Below are positions 9,527 through 18,435 of a stretch of DNA of 64,000 nucleotides, in pieces. The stretch's first letter is position 1. Every line of letters begins with the position of its first letter. A model generated the notes under the pieces. That model searched no databases and was not told where the DNA came from. It was given only the letters and a program-made list of their open reading frames with translations. This stretch comes from an uncultured bacterium. GTDB taxonomy: Bacteria > Patescibacteriota > Minisyncoccia > Phycocordibacterales > Phycocordibacteraceae. The stretch lies in assembly GCA_903825105.1 (NCBI GenBank), contig CAIJZI010000006.1, positions 1,399 through 65,398 of the forward strand, written 5' to 3'. A program made the position numbers and the translations under genes.

Positions 9527-12310
9527 ATGGAATCTACACCACGATTGTCATCACCTGAAGAAGAGTTGTCCTATTTGCGTGAGCAGGTTGCACAAAAAGA
9601 AAAAGAATTACAAAAGACGCGAGAAGAAAATCCGACCGCAAATCTGCCAACGCGAGAAGAAATTATTTCTGAACATCTTGATGCGCACAAAACTGCAGCG
9701 CCTGAAATCCTCGCGGGCGAATATCGAATAAGTGAATCAGCGCTAAACGAGACAGCAGAAAAAATTATAAAGGAGTGTACTCTCGGTAGTAGCGAACAGA
9801 TGATACGGAGTTTACAAAAAACGATGGAAGAAAAGGGTATTAAAAACACTTTTGCGATTTTAGAGAAGATGAAAGATCCTCAAATGGTTGACGACTTTCA
9901 TCGCTACATCGTGCGCTACATCGCCGCAGGATTACCGATGACGGGCATAGACGAAAAAGCTCCGCGCTTCCAAGCGCTTAAGATGACGCTTTATGAGATC
10001 TCTCTGCCCGAACCGAAGAGTGATCAAAATGCGCGAGCGAAAACACTCAAAGAACTTATCTCGGCGATGGAACAGCTCTACTCCGGCCTTCTCTCGATAG
10101 AAACAGCGGCAAGTGGCGAGCCGCGCTACTACACGCTCGAGCTCGCGATCCCCGCAGACAGCGCCGAGCTCCAATTCTACGCAGCGATTCCGAATGGAAA
10201 AAGAAATCTTTTTGAAAAGCAGTTGCTCGCTATATTCCCGAACGCGTATCTCGAACAGAAGCCCTACGACTATAATATTTTTTCTCAAAACGGCGTGGCA
10301 CTCGTCTCTGAAGCGCAGTTCACAGAAAGTCCTGCATTGCCGCTCAAGGATTATACCGACTTCGATTATGACCCGCTCAATGCGATTACCAATGCATTTG
10401 CAAAAATAGAAAAGACGAAAGAGGGCGCGGCGCTGCAGATTATTGTCGAGCCGCGCGCCGAGCGGCATGTGAAGCATTATAAAAAAATTCTTCAAGCTCT
10501 GCGCAAGGGTGAGAGTAAGTCGTCTGCATTTGGTACGCCAGAAACAGCGTTTGGTACTTTTATGAGAGATACAAGCCGAGCGCTTTTATCGAATAAGCCG
10601 AAGGATAAAGAAAAGGCAAAACAAGAAGAAACGCGCCAGACCGAAGCGAATAAAACATACATCGAACAAATCGAGAAGAAGATCGCTGCGCCGATTGTCG
10701 GCGCGACGGTTCGTCTCGTGGTCTCTTCAGAAAATGAGGTGAAAGCGAATCAGGTGCTCGAAGAGCTCGAATCGGCATTTAACCAGTTTTCAAATACACA
10801 AGGCAATAGCCTCGAATTCAAGCGTGTTTCAGAAAAGAGAGATAAAGCATTTCGCGCATTAGAAAATTTCTCATTCAGAATTCCTGATGATTCAGCGCTC
10901 CCATTATCACTCCGCGAGCTCACGACGATCTACCACTTCCCGCCAGAGGGAATAGAGTCATCGCCGCACTTGAAACAGGCGCGCTTCACCCACGCACCTG
11001 CGCCACTCTCTCTCCCACAGGCAGGATCGCTTCTCGGTATTAATTCGTATAGAGGCGAGAAAACAGACATTTATCTCGTCCCAGAAGATCGTCTGCGCCA
11101 CCTCTATATTATCGGTCAGACCGGCACGGGTAAAACGGGTTTGATGAAGTCGATGATTATGCAGGATATTAAAAATGGCGAAGGCTGCTGCTTCATCGAC
11201 CCGCACGGTTCAGACATTCTCGACATTCTCGCGTCGGTCCCGCCCGAGCGTTATAAAGATGTTATTTATTTTGACCCCGCCGATCTCTCGCGACCATTCG
11301 GGCTCAACTTCTTGGAATACGATTTCTCGCGACCAGAGCAAAAGACATTTATTGTGAATGAACTGCTCTCGATCTTCCGTCGCCTCTACGGCGATGTGCC
11401 CGAGAGTATGGGCCCGGCCTTCGAACAGTACTTCCGTAATGCGACACTGCTCGTGATGGAGGACCCGGCGAGTGGTTCGACGATTCTCGACATCGCGCGC
11501 GTACTCTCTAACGACGCCTTCCGCGCAGAAAAATTAGAGAAATGTATGAACCCGATCGTGAAGCAATTTTGGAATGACATTGTCGCGAAGACGAAGGGTG
11601 ATTTCTCGCTCGCGGAGATTGTCCCGTACATCACGAACAAGTTTGACGACTTCACCGCGAACGATTTTATTCGCCCGATTATTGGTCAACAGGAATCATC
11701 GTTCAAATTCCGCGAGGTGATGGATACAAAAAAGATTTTGCTCGTCAATCTTTCTAAAGGCAGACTCGGCGAGAGAAATTCAAATCTCCTCGGTCTTATT
11801 ATTGTCGGGAAATTATTTATGGCAGCGCTTGGTCGCGCCGACAATCCGCGCGCAGTGTATCCGCCCTTCTATCTCTACATCGACGAATTCCAAAATGTCA
11901 CCACCGACTCGATCCCGGGCATTCTCTCTGAAGCAAGAAAGTATAAACTCTCGCTCTCGCTCGCGCACCAATTCTTGAAGCAGATCGACGAGAAGTTCCG
12001 CGACGCAGTCTTCGGCAATGTGGGCAATATGGCAGTATTCCGCGTCGGCGAGGAGGATGCAGAATTCTTTGAAAAGCAGTTCGCACCGATCTTTAAAGCG
12101 CTCGATTTCGTGAATATCGAAAATAGAAATGCGTATGTGAAAATCCTCGCCGGTGGCGTGCCACAAAAAGCATTTGATCTGCGCACTGCCGACCTGCCGA
12201 AGGGGAATCCGGATCAAATCGACGATCTTATTCACCTATCCTCTTCTACCTATGGGCGCGACCGTGCTACTGTAGAAACTATGATCCGCGAACGCTATTT
12301 AACGCGATAA
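9527..12310 (+). CDS. VirD4/TraD (TrwB)-like P-loop ATPase (T4SS coupling-protein / DUF87 FtsK-HerA superfamily) with long N-terminal extension
   Basis: Walker A 'IIGQTGTGKTG'; 'FIDPHG' (the DPKGE-like motif of coupling proteins); Walker B 'YLYIDEFQNV'; 'RKYKLSLSLAHQ' sensor region. 927 aa, with a ~480-aa coiled-coil/unknown N-terminus. Confidence 0.55.
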   Translation: MESTPRLSSPEEELSYLREQVAQKEKELQKTREENPTANLPTREEIISEHLDAHKTAAPEILAGEYRISESALNETAEKIIKECTLGSSEQMIRSLQKTMEEKGIKNTFAILEKMKDPQMVDDFHRYIVRYIAAGLPMTGIDEKAPRFQALKMTLYEISLPEPKSDQNARAKTLKELISAMEQLYSGLLSIETAASGEPRYYTLELAIPADSAELQFYAAIPNGKRNLFEKQLLAIFPNAYLEQKPYDYNIFSQNGVALVSEAQFTESPALPLKDYTDFDYDPLNAITNAFAKIEKTKEGAALQIIVEPRAERHVKHYKKILQALRKGESKSSAFGTPETAFGTFMRDTSRALLSNKPKDKEKAKQEETRQTEANKTYIEQIEKKIAAPIVGATVRLVVSSENEVKANQVLEELESAFNQFSNTQGNSLEFKRVSEKRDKAFRALENFSFRIPDDSALPLSLRELTTIYHFPPEGIESSPHLKQARFTHAPAPLSLPQAGSLLGINSYRGEKTDIYLVPEDRLRHLYIIGQTGTGKTGLMKSMIMQDIKNGEGCCFIDPHGSDILDILASVPPERYKDVIYFDPADLSRPFGLNFLEYDFSRPEQKTFIVNELLSIFRRLYGDVPESMGPAFEQYFRNATLLVMEDPASGSTILDIARVLSNDAFRAEKLEKCMNPIVKQFWNDIVAKTKGDFSLAEIVPYITNKFDDFTANDFIRPIIGQQESSFKFREVMDTKKILLVNLSKGRLGERNSNLLGLIIVGKLFMAALGRADNPRAVYPPFYLYIDEFQNVTTDSIPGILSEARKYKLSLSLAHQFLKQIDEKFRDAVFGNVGNMAVFRVGEEDAEFFEKQFAPIFKALDFVNIENRNAYVKILAGGVPQKAFDLRTADLPKGNPDQIDDLIHLSSSTYGRDRATVETMIRERYLTR

Positions 12311-12319
12311 TTTTTTAAT

Positions 12320-14896
12320 ATGCCTGAAAAACCTCGGAAAAAAGAAAATCTAAATACAAATGAGTGGGTAGAAGGTGGAACAAAACACAGCGAACTTCTT
12401 GAGAAATTTGAGGTGCTTCACGATGAAGGTCTCCTGCCAAAGAATTTTATGCCCACATTTAATTTTTTTGTTGGAAAAATGGAACGCGCAGTAGATGCTG
12501 ATGAAGAAGGAAAAATTGAAGGAGAAATAAACGAGTATATTGAAGACGGGCGCGTAAGGGCGACGAGACAACAGGGCGTTCAAAAACCAGAAGCTCCTAT
12601 CGCAGAAGAATTTCCTCAAGTACCTCAAGAAGATGTATTAGGAATACCGGCGGAAGAAAATGAAAACGAAGGAAGATCAGAAACGCCAGCTGAGACGAGA
12701 AGCAAATTGCGAGAGACGGTAGGTAAAATAGAAGATCTTCTTGGAAAAGCAAGTGTCCCAGGAGAATGGGCGACCGAGCGTTTTGCCAATCTCGACACAC
12801 ACCTCAACGAACAGTCCGATAAATTACGCGAAGCAGCGAAGGGATTCGGTTCAAAAGCCGCAGCGTTTGTGCACTCCACGGGAGAAAAAATAAAAGAAGC
12901 TCCAACTAATTTTGGGGCATATTTAGATGAGCGTTTGGATGATTTAAATGAAAAAATCGCTAGACTTGGAGCAGGAGCAAAGAGAATTTTAGGTAACATC
13001 CGTGGCGCTACTGGCAAGGCACTAAATAAATTCTTTGTCGAAAGATATTTTGGATTTGAAAGACGCGAAGTAGACACCGGCCCGCAACTGCCACCGTTCG
13101 CGAGCCAAGAAGATTATAACGAAGCTCTTGGGATAAAAAGTGATGCTGAATTGCCAGATCGGGAGCATCCAGTTGTAGAAGAAGATACAGATGCAAAATC
13201 AGAAGAAGCAGAAGTTCTGCCGCCAGAAAAAAAACCAGAAACAACTCCGCCAGCAAGACAGGAAAAAAACCCAAAACCAACTGTAATAGATGCAGTGAAT
13301 CCAGCCAAGCCAGCGCCTGCACCAGAGCGACCATCACCAAGTTCACAACCTAAAAAACCGTCAGTGCCGGCGCAACAGCCACAAAATGCTGGACAGCCGG
13401 TATCGCCAGAAGGTGATTCTCCAGAGAGAATGAAGGCAGAAATTGGTGAAATTATAGACGGAAGTGAGTCCAGAAAAGATGCATCTGAGAAGATTAAAAA
13501 ATATCTGAAGAACCGCAATGGAGAATTAGATAAAAAAGCCGAAGGATTTGGATCGAAGGTTGAGAAGATGTTCCACTCGCTCGGCGAGAAATATAATAAA
13601 ATGCCGTTGAAGTGGAAGCTCGCGATCGGTGTCGGGCTCGGTGTTGGTGCTGCTTTCGCAGGGCCATTTTCAGCGATCTTTGCCGGAGGGATTGCGCTTC
13701 AGCGCGCCGCAGGTCTCGCGGGGATGTATGTCAAATCTAAAAATATTCTCCAGAAAATGTCTGAAGGAACACACAGAGGATTTTTTGCAAAAGGAGAATA
13801 CAAAGGACTGTTTGCACACGATTATCACGAATTCTTCAAAGACAAATCAGAAACACAGCGAAAGTGGATCGCGTTTGCCATGGCGGGAGTGTACACAGCC
13901 GGTATGGGCCTTGCGATTGGCGAAGCGGTACATTACGCTCCGCAATTTTTGCATCACATGCTTGGCCACGATGGTGGCGTGGACGGAGGGGCGGTTCAAA
14001 GCGGTGGGAATGTTCCAGAGTGGATGCACCCAGCTCAAATGCCGACGCATACAGAAATGCCAAACCTCTCTGTCGACGCGTCGGCGGGGCACGGCTATGA
14101 GTTTATGGCGAAGCGGCTTTGGGAACAGGCACAAGCACAGCATCTCGACCCGAGTAAGTATGCTGCTGACAGCGATATGCATAAATTGCTCACCGCAGAT
14201 GCGCACTCGATAGACAAAGTCGTTCATCAGATCGCCGCTGACCCGAAGCACGCATTCTTTAATCATGATGGAACGAGCGTGATGATTGACCCACACGCGC
14301 ATATGACGATTGGTGCAGACGGCAATATTCATGTTGGAGCAGAAGTTCACGCTGCTGCCGGCGCGCACACGACGCCGGTCTATCCTCACCACGAAGCGCC
14401 CGTAGCTCACGCAGAAGCACCCGCGACAGTCGAGGCACATCACGCCCCAGACTCGAGTGTTGCAGATGTTAAACATGATTTGACGAACGAGAATGTTATC
14501 GATCATCAGTCTCCAACACACGACGCTCCGCACGCTGCGCCAGAAGTTGAACAATTGGCCGGACAAATTCTGCATCACCACGGGATCGATATCCCTACAG
14601 CCGAGCCGCACATCTATGCTGACAATCACACAAAGCACCTCTTTGTATTTGGCGGTAAGCCAGGTCTAGAACAAACAACGCTTATTAAAAATTATCTCTC
14701 AGCCAATCCAGATAAAATAGTATATGGAACGGATGACTCGGGTAAATATCGCATTCCTTTCCATTGGTTCCAAAAGCCAGATGGCGGAGGTGATATCGTT
14801 CCGGGCATACCGGTTCAAAAACGCGGGTTTCTCGGATTCTTCAAATCATTTATGGGCGCGCCAGATCCAAAAGAATTTCATGCTAAAATTAGTTAA
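12320..14896 (+). CDS. Large hypothetical protein with proline-rich linker, central TM hairpin and His/Ala-rich C-terminal region
   Basis: 858-aa ORF adjacent to the ATPase. 'PAKPAPAPERPSPSSQPKKPSVPAQQPQ' low complexity. TM 'LAIGVGLGVGAAFAGPFSAIFAGGIAL'. Repeated 'HAHMTIGADGNIHVGAEVHAAAGAHTT' His-rich segment. Confidence 0.45.
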   Translation: MPEKPRKKENLNTNEWVEGGTKHSELLEKFEVLHDEGLLPKNFMPTFNFFVGKMERAVDADEEGKIEGEINEYIEDGRVRATRQQGVQKPEAPIAEEFPQVPQEDVLGIPAEENENEGRSETPAETRSKLRETVGKIEDLLGKASVPGEWATERFANLDTHLNEQSDKLREAAKGFGSKAAAFVHSTGEKIKEAPTNFGAYLDERLDDLNEKIARLGAGAKRILGNIRGATGKALNKFFVERYFGFERREVDTGPQLPPFASQEDYNEALGIKSDAELPDREHPVVEEDTDAKSEEAEVLPPEKKPETTPPARQEKNPKPTVIDAVNPAKPAPAPERPSPSSQPKKPSVPAQQPQNAGQPVSPEGDSPERMKAEIGEIIDGSESRKDASEKIKKYLKNRNGELDKKAEGFGSKVEKMFHSLGEKYNKMPLKWKLAIGVGLGVGAAFAGPFSAIFAGGIALQRAAGLAGMYVKSKNILQKMSEGTHRGFFAKGEYKGLFAHDYHEFFKDKSETQRKWIAFAMAGVYTAGMGLAIGEAVHYAPQFLHHMLGHDGGVDGGAVQSGGNVPEWMHPAQMPTHTEMPNLSVDASAGHGYEFMAKRLWEQAQAQHLDPSKYAADSDMHKLLTADAHSIDKVVHQIAADPKHAFFNHDGTSVMIDPHAHMTIGADGNIHVGAEVHAAAGAHTTPVYPHHEAPVAHAEAPATVEAHHAPDSSVADVKHDLTNENVIDHQSPTHDAPHAAPEVEQLAGQILHHHGIDIPTAEPHIYADNHTKHLFVFGGKPGLEQTTLIKNYLSANPDKIVYGTDDSGKYRIPFHWFQKPDGGGDIVPGIPVQKRGFLGFFKSFMGAPDPKEFHAKIS

Positions 14897-14910
14897 TAAT
14901 TAAAAATAAT

Positions 14911-15231
14911 ATGCCACCAACACAAAACAATATGCAGGACGAATTAACAGCAGCGATCGCGACTGATCTCGGTATCAAAGATCTCCCGCTCGCTGAGCAA
15001 CAGCAGCTTATCTCGCAGTTCGGCGAAGTCGCGCTGAAGGCGGCGACGATGGCAGTACTCGAGAAGTTGTCTGAAGAAAAGAGAAATGAATTCGCGACGA
15101 TAGCCGAGAGTGGCGACCCAGTAGCGCTTAAAGCATTTCTCGATAGAGAAGTGCCCGATCACGAAAATATCACGAAGACAGCAGTCGCAGACGAGGTAAA
15201 AAGGTTTAAGGATTTTCAATCTGCAGCGTAG
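14911..15231 (+). CDS. Small hypothetical protein
   Basis: 106-aa ORF in operon position between the large protein and the FKBP gene; no motif recognised. Confidence 0.35.
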   Translation: MPPTQNNMQDELTAAIATDLGIKDLPLAEQQQLISQFGEVALKAATMAVLEKLSEEKRNEFATIAESGDPVALKAFLDREVPDHENITKTAVADEVKRFKDFQSAA

Positions 15232-15267
15232 TATACTGGAAGCTATAACAATAAATAATCGTATCGT

Positions 15268-15810
15268 ATGAATCCAACCCAAACAGGTATCGCTGTAGCA
15301 CTCGCGCTCGTTGTTGTTATCTTCTTTTTCGTCTTTGACGGGATGTCATTGTTTCGTCAGTCGGCCTCAGCACCAACACAAGAAATAACAGCAACCACAA
15401 CTGATCAATCTATGGCTACAACTTCAACAAATTCTGTACAAGCAAATGTTACCGAACTCCAGATAACTGACGAAGTCGTCGGTACTGGCGCTGTGGCAAA
15501 AGCGGGCGACACAGTTGTCGTCGCATATACGGGTAGCTTCACAAACGGAAAAGTCTTCGACAGCTCAGTCGGGAAGGCTCCTATCGCAATCGTGACTTGC
15601 CCAAAGGGAGTCACGACCGGACTTTGTATGAATCTTGGCGCAGGGCAGGTGATTAAGGGTTGGGACGAAGGACTTGTCGGTATGAAAGAGGGCGGGAAGA
15701 GAAAGCTTGTTATCCCCGCATCGCTTGGGTACGGCCCAAATGACTATGGATCAATCCCGGGTAATTCGACACTCGTCTTCGAAGTCGAACTCATAAAAGT
15801 CGCGAAATAA
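15268..15810 (+). CDS. FKBP-type peptidyl-prolyl cis-trans isomerase (membrane anchored)
   Basis: 'GDTVVVAYTGSFTNGKVFDSS', 'GAGQVIKGWDEGLVGMKEGGKRKLVIPASLGYGPN' and 'GNSTLVFEVELIKV' are the canonical FKBP signature blocks. Confidence 0.8.
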   Translation: MNPTQTGIAVALALVVVIFFFVFDGMSLFRQSASAPTQEITATTTDQSMATTSTNSVQANVTELQITDEVVGTGAVAKAGDTVVVAYTGSFTNGKVFDSSVGKAPIAIVTCPKGVTTGLCMNLGAGQVIKGWDEGLVGMKEGGKRKLVIPASLGYGPNDYGSIPGNSTLVFEVELIKVAK

Positions 15811-15855
15811 CTTGGGTGTCCGACACCCAAGTAACTTGGAGGTCGGACCTCCAAG
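15811..15855. repeat. Double-hairpin palindromic element (GTCsGAC-core family), intergenic copy
   Basis: CTTGGGTGTCCGACACCCAAG-TAA-CTTGGAGGTCGGACCTCCAAG. The first unit is identical to the units inside leuS at 55443-55489. Confidence 0.75.
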
Positions 15856-15890
15856 TGGAAGGGAAGAAAAATAAAAAAAGAAAGGGCGCG

Positions 15891-15921
15891 ATTTACTTAG
15901 CGGCGAGACACCTAAGTAAAT
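15891..15921. repeat. Palindromic hairpin ATTTACTTAG-(CGGCGAGACAC)-CTAAGTAAAT inside a duplicated terminator segment
   Basis: Perfect 10-bp inverted repeat. The flanking 'AAAAAAGAAAGGGCGC' is repeated 40 nt downstream, where an intact terminator stem follows instead. Confidence 0.5.
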
Positions 15922-15923
15922 TA

Positions 15924-15966
15924 AATAAAAAAGAAAGGGCGCATCCCGCTTCGCGGAATGCGCCCT
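15924..15966 (-). terminator. Intrinsic terminator for the 15974-16552 gene
   Basis: GGGCGCATCCCGC-TTC-GCGGAATGCGCCC hairpin with a T-run on the minus strand. Confidence 0.6.
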
Positions 15967-15973
15967 AGAGTGT

Positions 15974-16552
15974 TTAGTATGTCACAGTGTGCAACACCCG
16001 GATCTTTTCCCTGTATTTGGAAAGATCCAAGACCCCGGCGGTGCACGCGTCGACGACATACTTTCGTAGTTTGAGCCGTGTTGTTACGCCGTTCACAATG
16101 TTCGGTACCGCCATTGCGGAGGCGCCGTATCCTGTATACGAGAGCATATTGGCTCCGGCGAACATCATTGAGCCAACTCCTACACCGACTCCGCCTCCAA
16201 GGCCGCCCGTCATGCCGTCGATCATGCCCATTGCCAAGTAATTCGGCTGTACATTTCGAGTATGCTCCTGACACGCCGGCGTTATCGCCGCCATGACGGC
16301 AAGTGGTTCGGCGAGTTGCACCTCGAGTTGTGCTTCGTTCGTCACTGTCTTGGAAAGACGGACGGCGAAGCTGGGCTGCATGTTCTTGAGCCTGAAGGCG
16401 TATCCGTATGAAACAATCGCGATCTGTTCGCTGTCGGGCAGTGTGACGAGGATCTTGACGGGCTCCTTCTTTTCCTTGGCAGAAACCGTCGCTGGAACTG
16501 CCAGAATCACCATCGCCGTTGCGATGATGCAAAACACTGCGAACTTCTTCAT
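15974..16552 (-). CDS. Secreted glycine-rich hypothetical protein
   Basis: Start moved to 'MKKFAVFCIIATAMVILAVPATVSA' (signal peptide), preceded by AGGAGAG. C-terminal 'GGLGGGVGVGVGS' Gly-rich segment. Confidence 0.5.
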   Translation of the reverse strand: MKKFAVFCIIATAMVILAVPATVSAKEKKEPVKILVTLPDSEQIAIVSYGYAFRLKNMQPSFAVRLSKTVTNEAQLEVQLAEPLAVMAAITPACQEHTRNVQPNYLAMGMIDGMTGGLGGGVGVGVGSMMFAGANMLSYTGYGASAMAVPNIVNGVTTRLKLRKYVVDACTAGVLDLSKYREKIRVLHTVTY

Positions 16553-16687
16553 ATAACTCTCCTTTGGGGAAGCCGCCGAGGGCGGCGTTGTTGGTGATAA
16601 AAGGTACAACCATTTATAAAGATACACGACCCGCGCGTTTTGTCAAGCGCTTGACAGAATTGACAAGATAGTGTATGTATGTAGAAG

Positions 16688-17374
16688 ATGATAACGAAGG
16701 GGCTCGTACACATAGCTGCGCAGATTATCTGCGCGGGGCAGAAGGCGTATGAAAGGAAGTGGATATTCCTCGTTATTTTCGTGCTTGTCTTCGCTCCGAG
16801 CGTCGGGACGCTCGCGCACTTCGATCTTTTGCCGACCTTGGCAGAGGCCGAAGGTAGCGCGAACAGTCTCGGTAGTTCGACGAATCAGCTCGCGGCGATT
16901 AGCTTAAATGCGCTGTCGCCCGCGCTACCAGAACTGCCTACGAAAATTGAAATTCAAAAAATTAATTTGAACGCGACGATTTCTAACCCAGAGACGACTA
17001 ACATCGAGGCTCTCGACAGCGACCTTCTCTCTGGAGCTGTGCGCTATCCGACCTCGGCGCGACTCGGCGAGAATGGCAATGTCGTCATTTTCGGTCACTC
17101 GAGCTACTTGCCGATTGTCGGGAATCAAGCGTATAAAACTTTTGACGGTATTCAGAAGCTCGTCGCGGGTGACACAATCACCGTGTATTCATCTGACCGA
17201 GCGTATGTTTATCAGGTAGAAAGTATGAAAAAGGAGAGCGCGAACGATGCGGTGATCCCGCTCTCGGTCACGGGAAAAGTTTTGACGCTTTCGACCTGTG
17301 ATTCGTTTAGCGCGAAGACCGATCGCTTCGTAGTCGTGGCGAATTTTGTTGAAAGTAACGCGGTTTCGTTTTAA
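16688..17374 (+). CDS. Sortase-family transpeptidase
   Basis: N-terminal TM anchor. 'VIFGHSSY…' His region and 'LTLSTCDSF' (TLxTC catalytic Cys motif). Confidence 0.7.
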   Translation: MITKGLVHIAAQIICAGQKAYERKWIFLVIFVLVFAPSVGTLAHFDLLPTLAEAEGSANSLGSSTNQLAAISLNALSPALPELPTKIEIQKINLNATISNPETTNIEALDSDLLSGAVRYPTSARLGENGNVVIFGHSSYLPIVGNQAYKTFDGIQKLVAGDTITVYSSDRAYVYQVESMKKESANDAVIPLSVTGKVLTLSTCDSFSAKTDRFVVVANFVESNAVSF

Positions 17375-17454
17375 TTAACGAAATCGCGTTACTCTCCGCA
17401 AAGGGAGAGATGTTCTTTCGAGTGTTGTTAGAGCTCGAGGACTGGAGACAGTAA

Positions 17455-18363
17455 ATGAAAATGCGCGTTGTAATCGTGCTGGCGTTCGCGATTGCGACGC
17501 TGGCTGTGACCGCTCATGCGGCCGAATGGAAATGGCAGCACTTTGGTGCTGCCCCGTACGCCACATCGCGAGATGAGGCCATGAGCAAGCGCCATGATGC
17601 TTTCCAAAAACTCGGCCTCACACATAAAGTTATTGATGAGCTTATGCGCGCGACCGAAAAGCCGGGAGAAAAGATTCGTCTAGTGAACGGCTACAAACTG
17701 GCAGCGATGCTGTCTAAGGGTGGTGTCGTGCACAACGATGTCTTAGTGGCCTTCGTCAAGCCGCCTATCAGCGGAAAGATGGAGTATGCTGCACCGGCCG
17801 AAAGGTGGCAGGTTCCAGTGGAGGGAAAGATCTACACGGTTATCCTACCGGAGATCTGCAACAACTGGAGCTCAGAACCCACAAAGCCAGCGCCAGTACC
17901 ACTTCCTCCCCCATGCGACAACTGTGCGGCGCCACCGCCACCGAAAGATAATTGCGTGACGATTTCATTCAACGCACCAATTGGCGGGAAAGTGCGTTGG
18001 GGTGTTGCCTCGGCGATCGGCCCACTGCCTCCAAGTTCCTGCAACGCGCAGAAACAGGGCAATGGCGAATGGACAGCGTGGTACGGTCAGTGTGATTCTT
18101 GCACTGGCGCCATCGAGTTCATCCGCGGAATCATTGGCAGATTCGCCGAGATATTTCACCGATTCGTGTATCCTGTCACACAGACGCACCAAACACTCCG
18201 CTTCCCGGAAGCAGTCAAGGCAGATGTAGTTTATATCTGTCTAGAAGATGCAAACGGGAGGCAAACCTACGGTGTGTATGTCACTCCAGATGATTGGAGT
18301 CACGGGGAAGTCGTTCATGAGATCTCAGATTTTCGATGGAAGTTCGTCGGGTATCCCGAGTAG
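17455..18363 (+). CDS. Secreted cysteine-rich hypothetical protein
   Basis: Signal peptide 'MKMRVVIVLAFAIATLAVTAHA'; multiple Cys pairs and 'PPPCDNCAAPPPP'. Confidence 0.45.
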   Translation: MKMRVVIVLAFAIATLAVTAHAAEWKWQHFGAAPYATSRDEAMSKRHDAFQKLGLTHKVIDELMRATEKPGEKIRLVNGYKLAAMLSKGGVVHNDVLVAFVKPPISGKMEYAAPAERWQVPVEGKIYTVILPEICNNWSSEPTKPAPVPLPPPCDNCAAPPPPKDNCVTISFNAPIGGKVRWGVASAIGPLPPSSCNAQKQGNGEWTAWYGQCDSCTGAIEFIRGIIGRFAEIFHRFVYPVTQTHQTLRFPEAVKADVVYICLEDANGRQTYGVYVTPDDWSHGEVVHEISDFRWKFVGYPE

Positions 18364-18435
18364 TTCTTTGGGGAGGGTGGTGGCTTTTAAAGCATCGCCC
18401 AACCCTTTTTATACGCTACGAAAGTAGCATGGAAA

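Noticed and set aside
13847-14638. 263-aa minus-strand ORF
   Set aside because: Entirely antisense to the 858-aa gene's His/Ala-rich region; Cys/Arg/His-rich composition typical of a GC-rich antisense frame.
15921-16613. 230-aa Arg-rich minus-strand ORF
   Set aside because: Alternative frame of the signal-peptide protein 15974-16552, which has an RBS and a coherent secreted-protein sequence.
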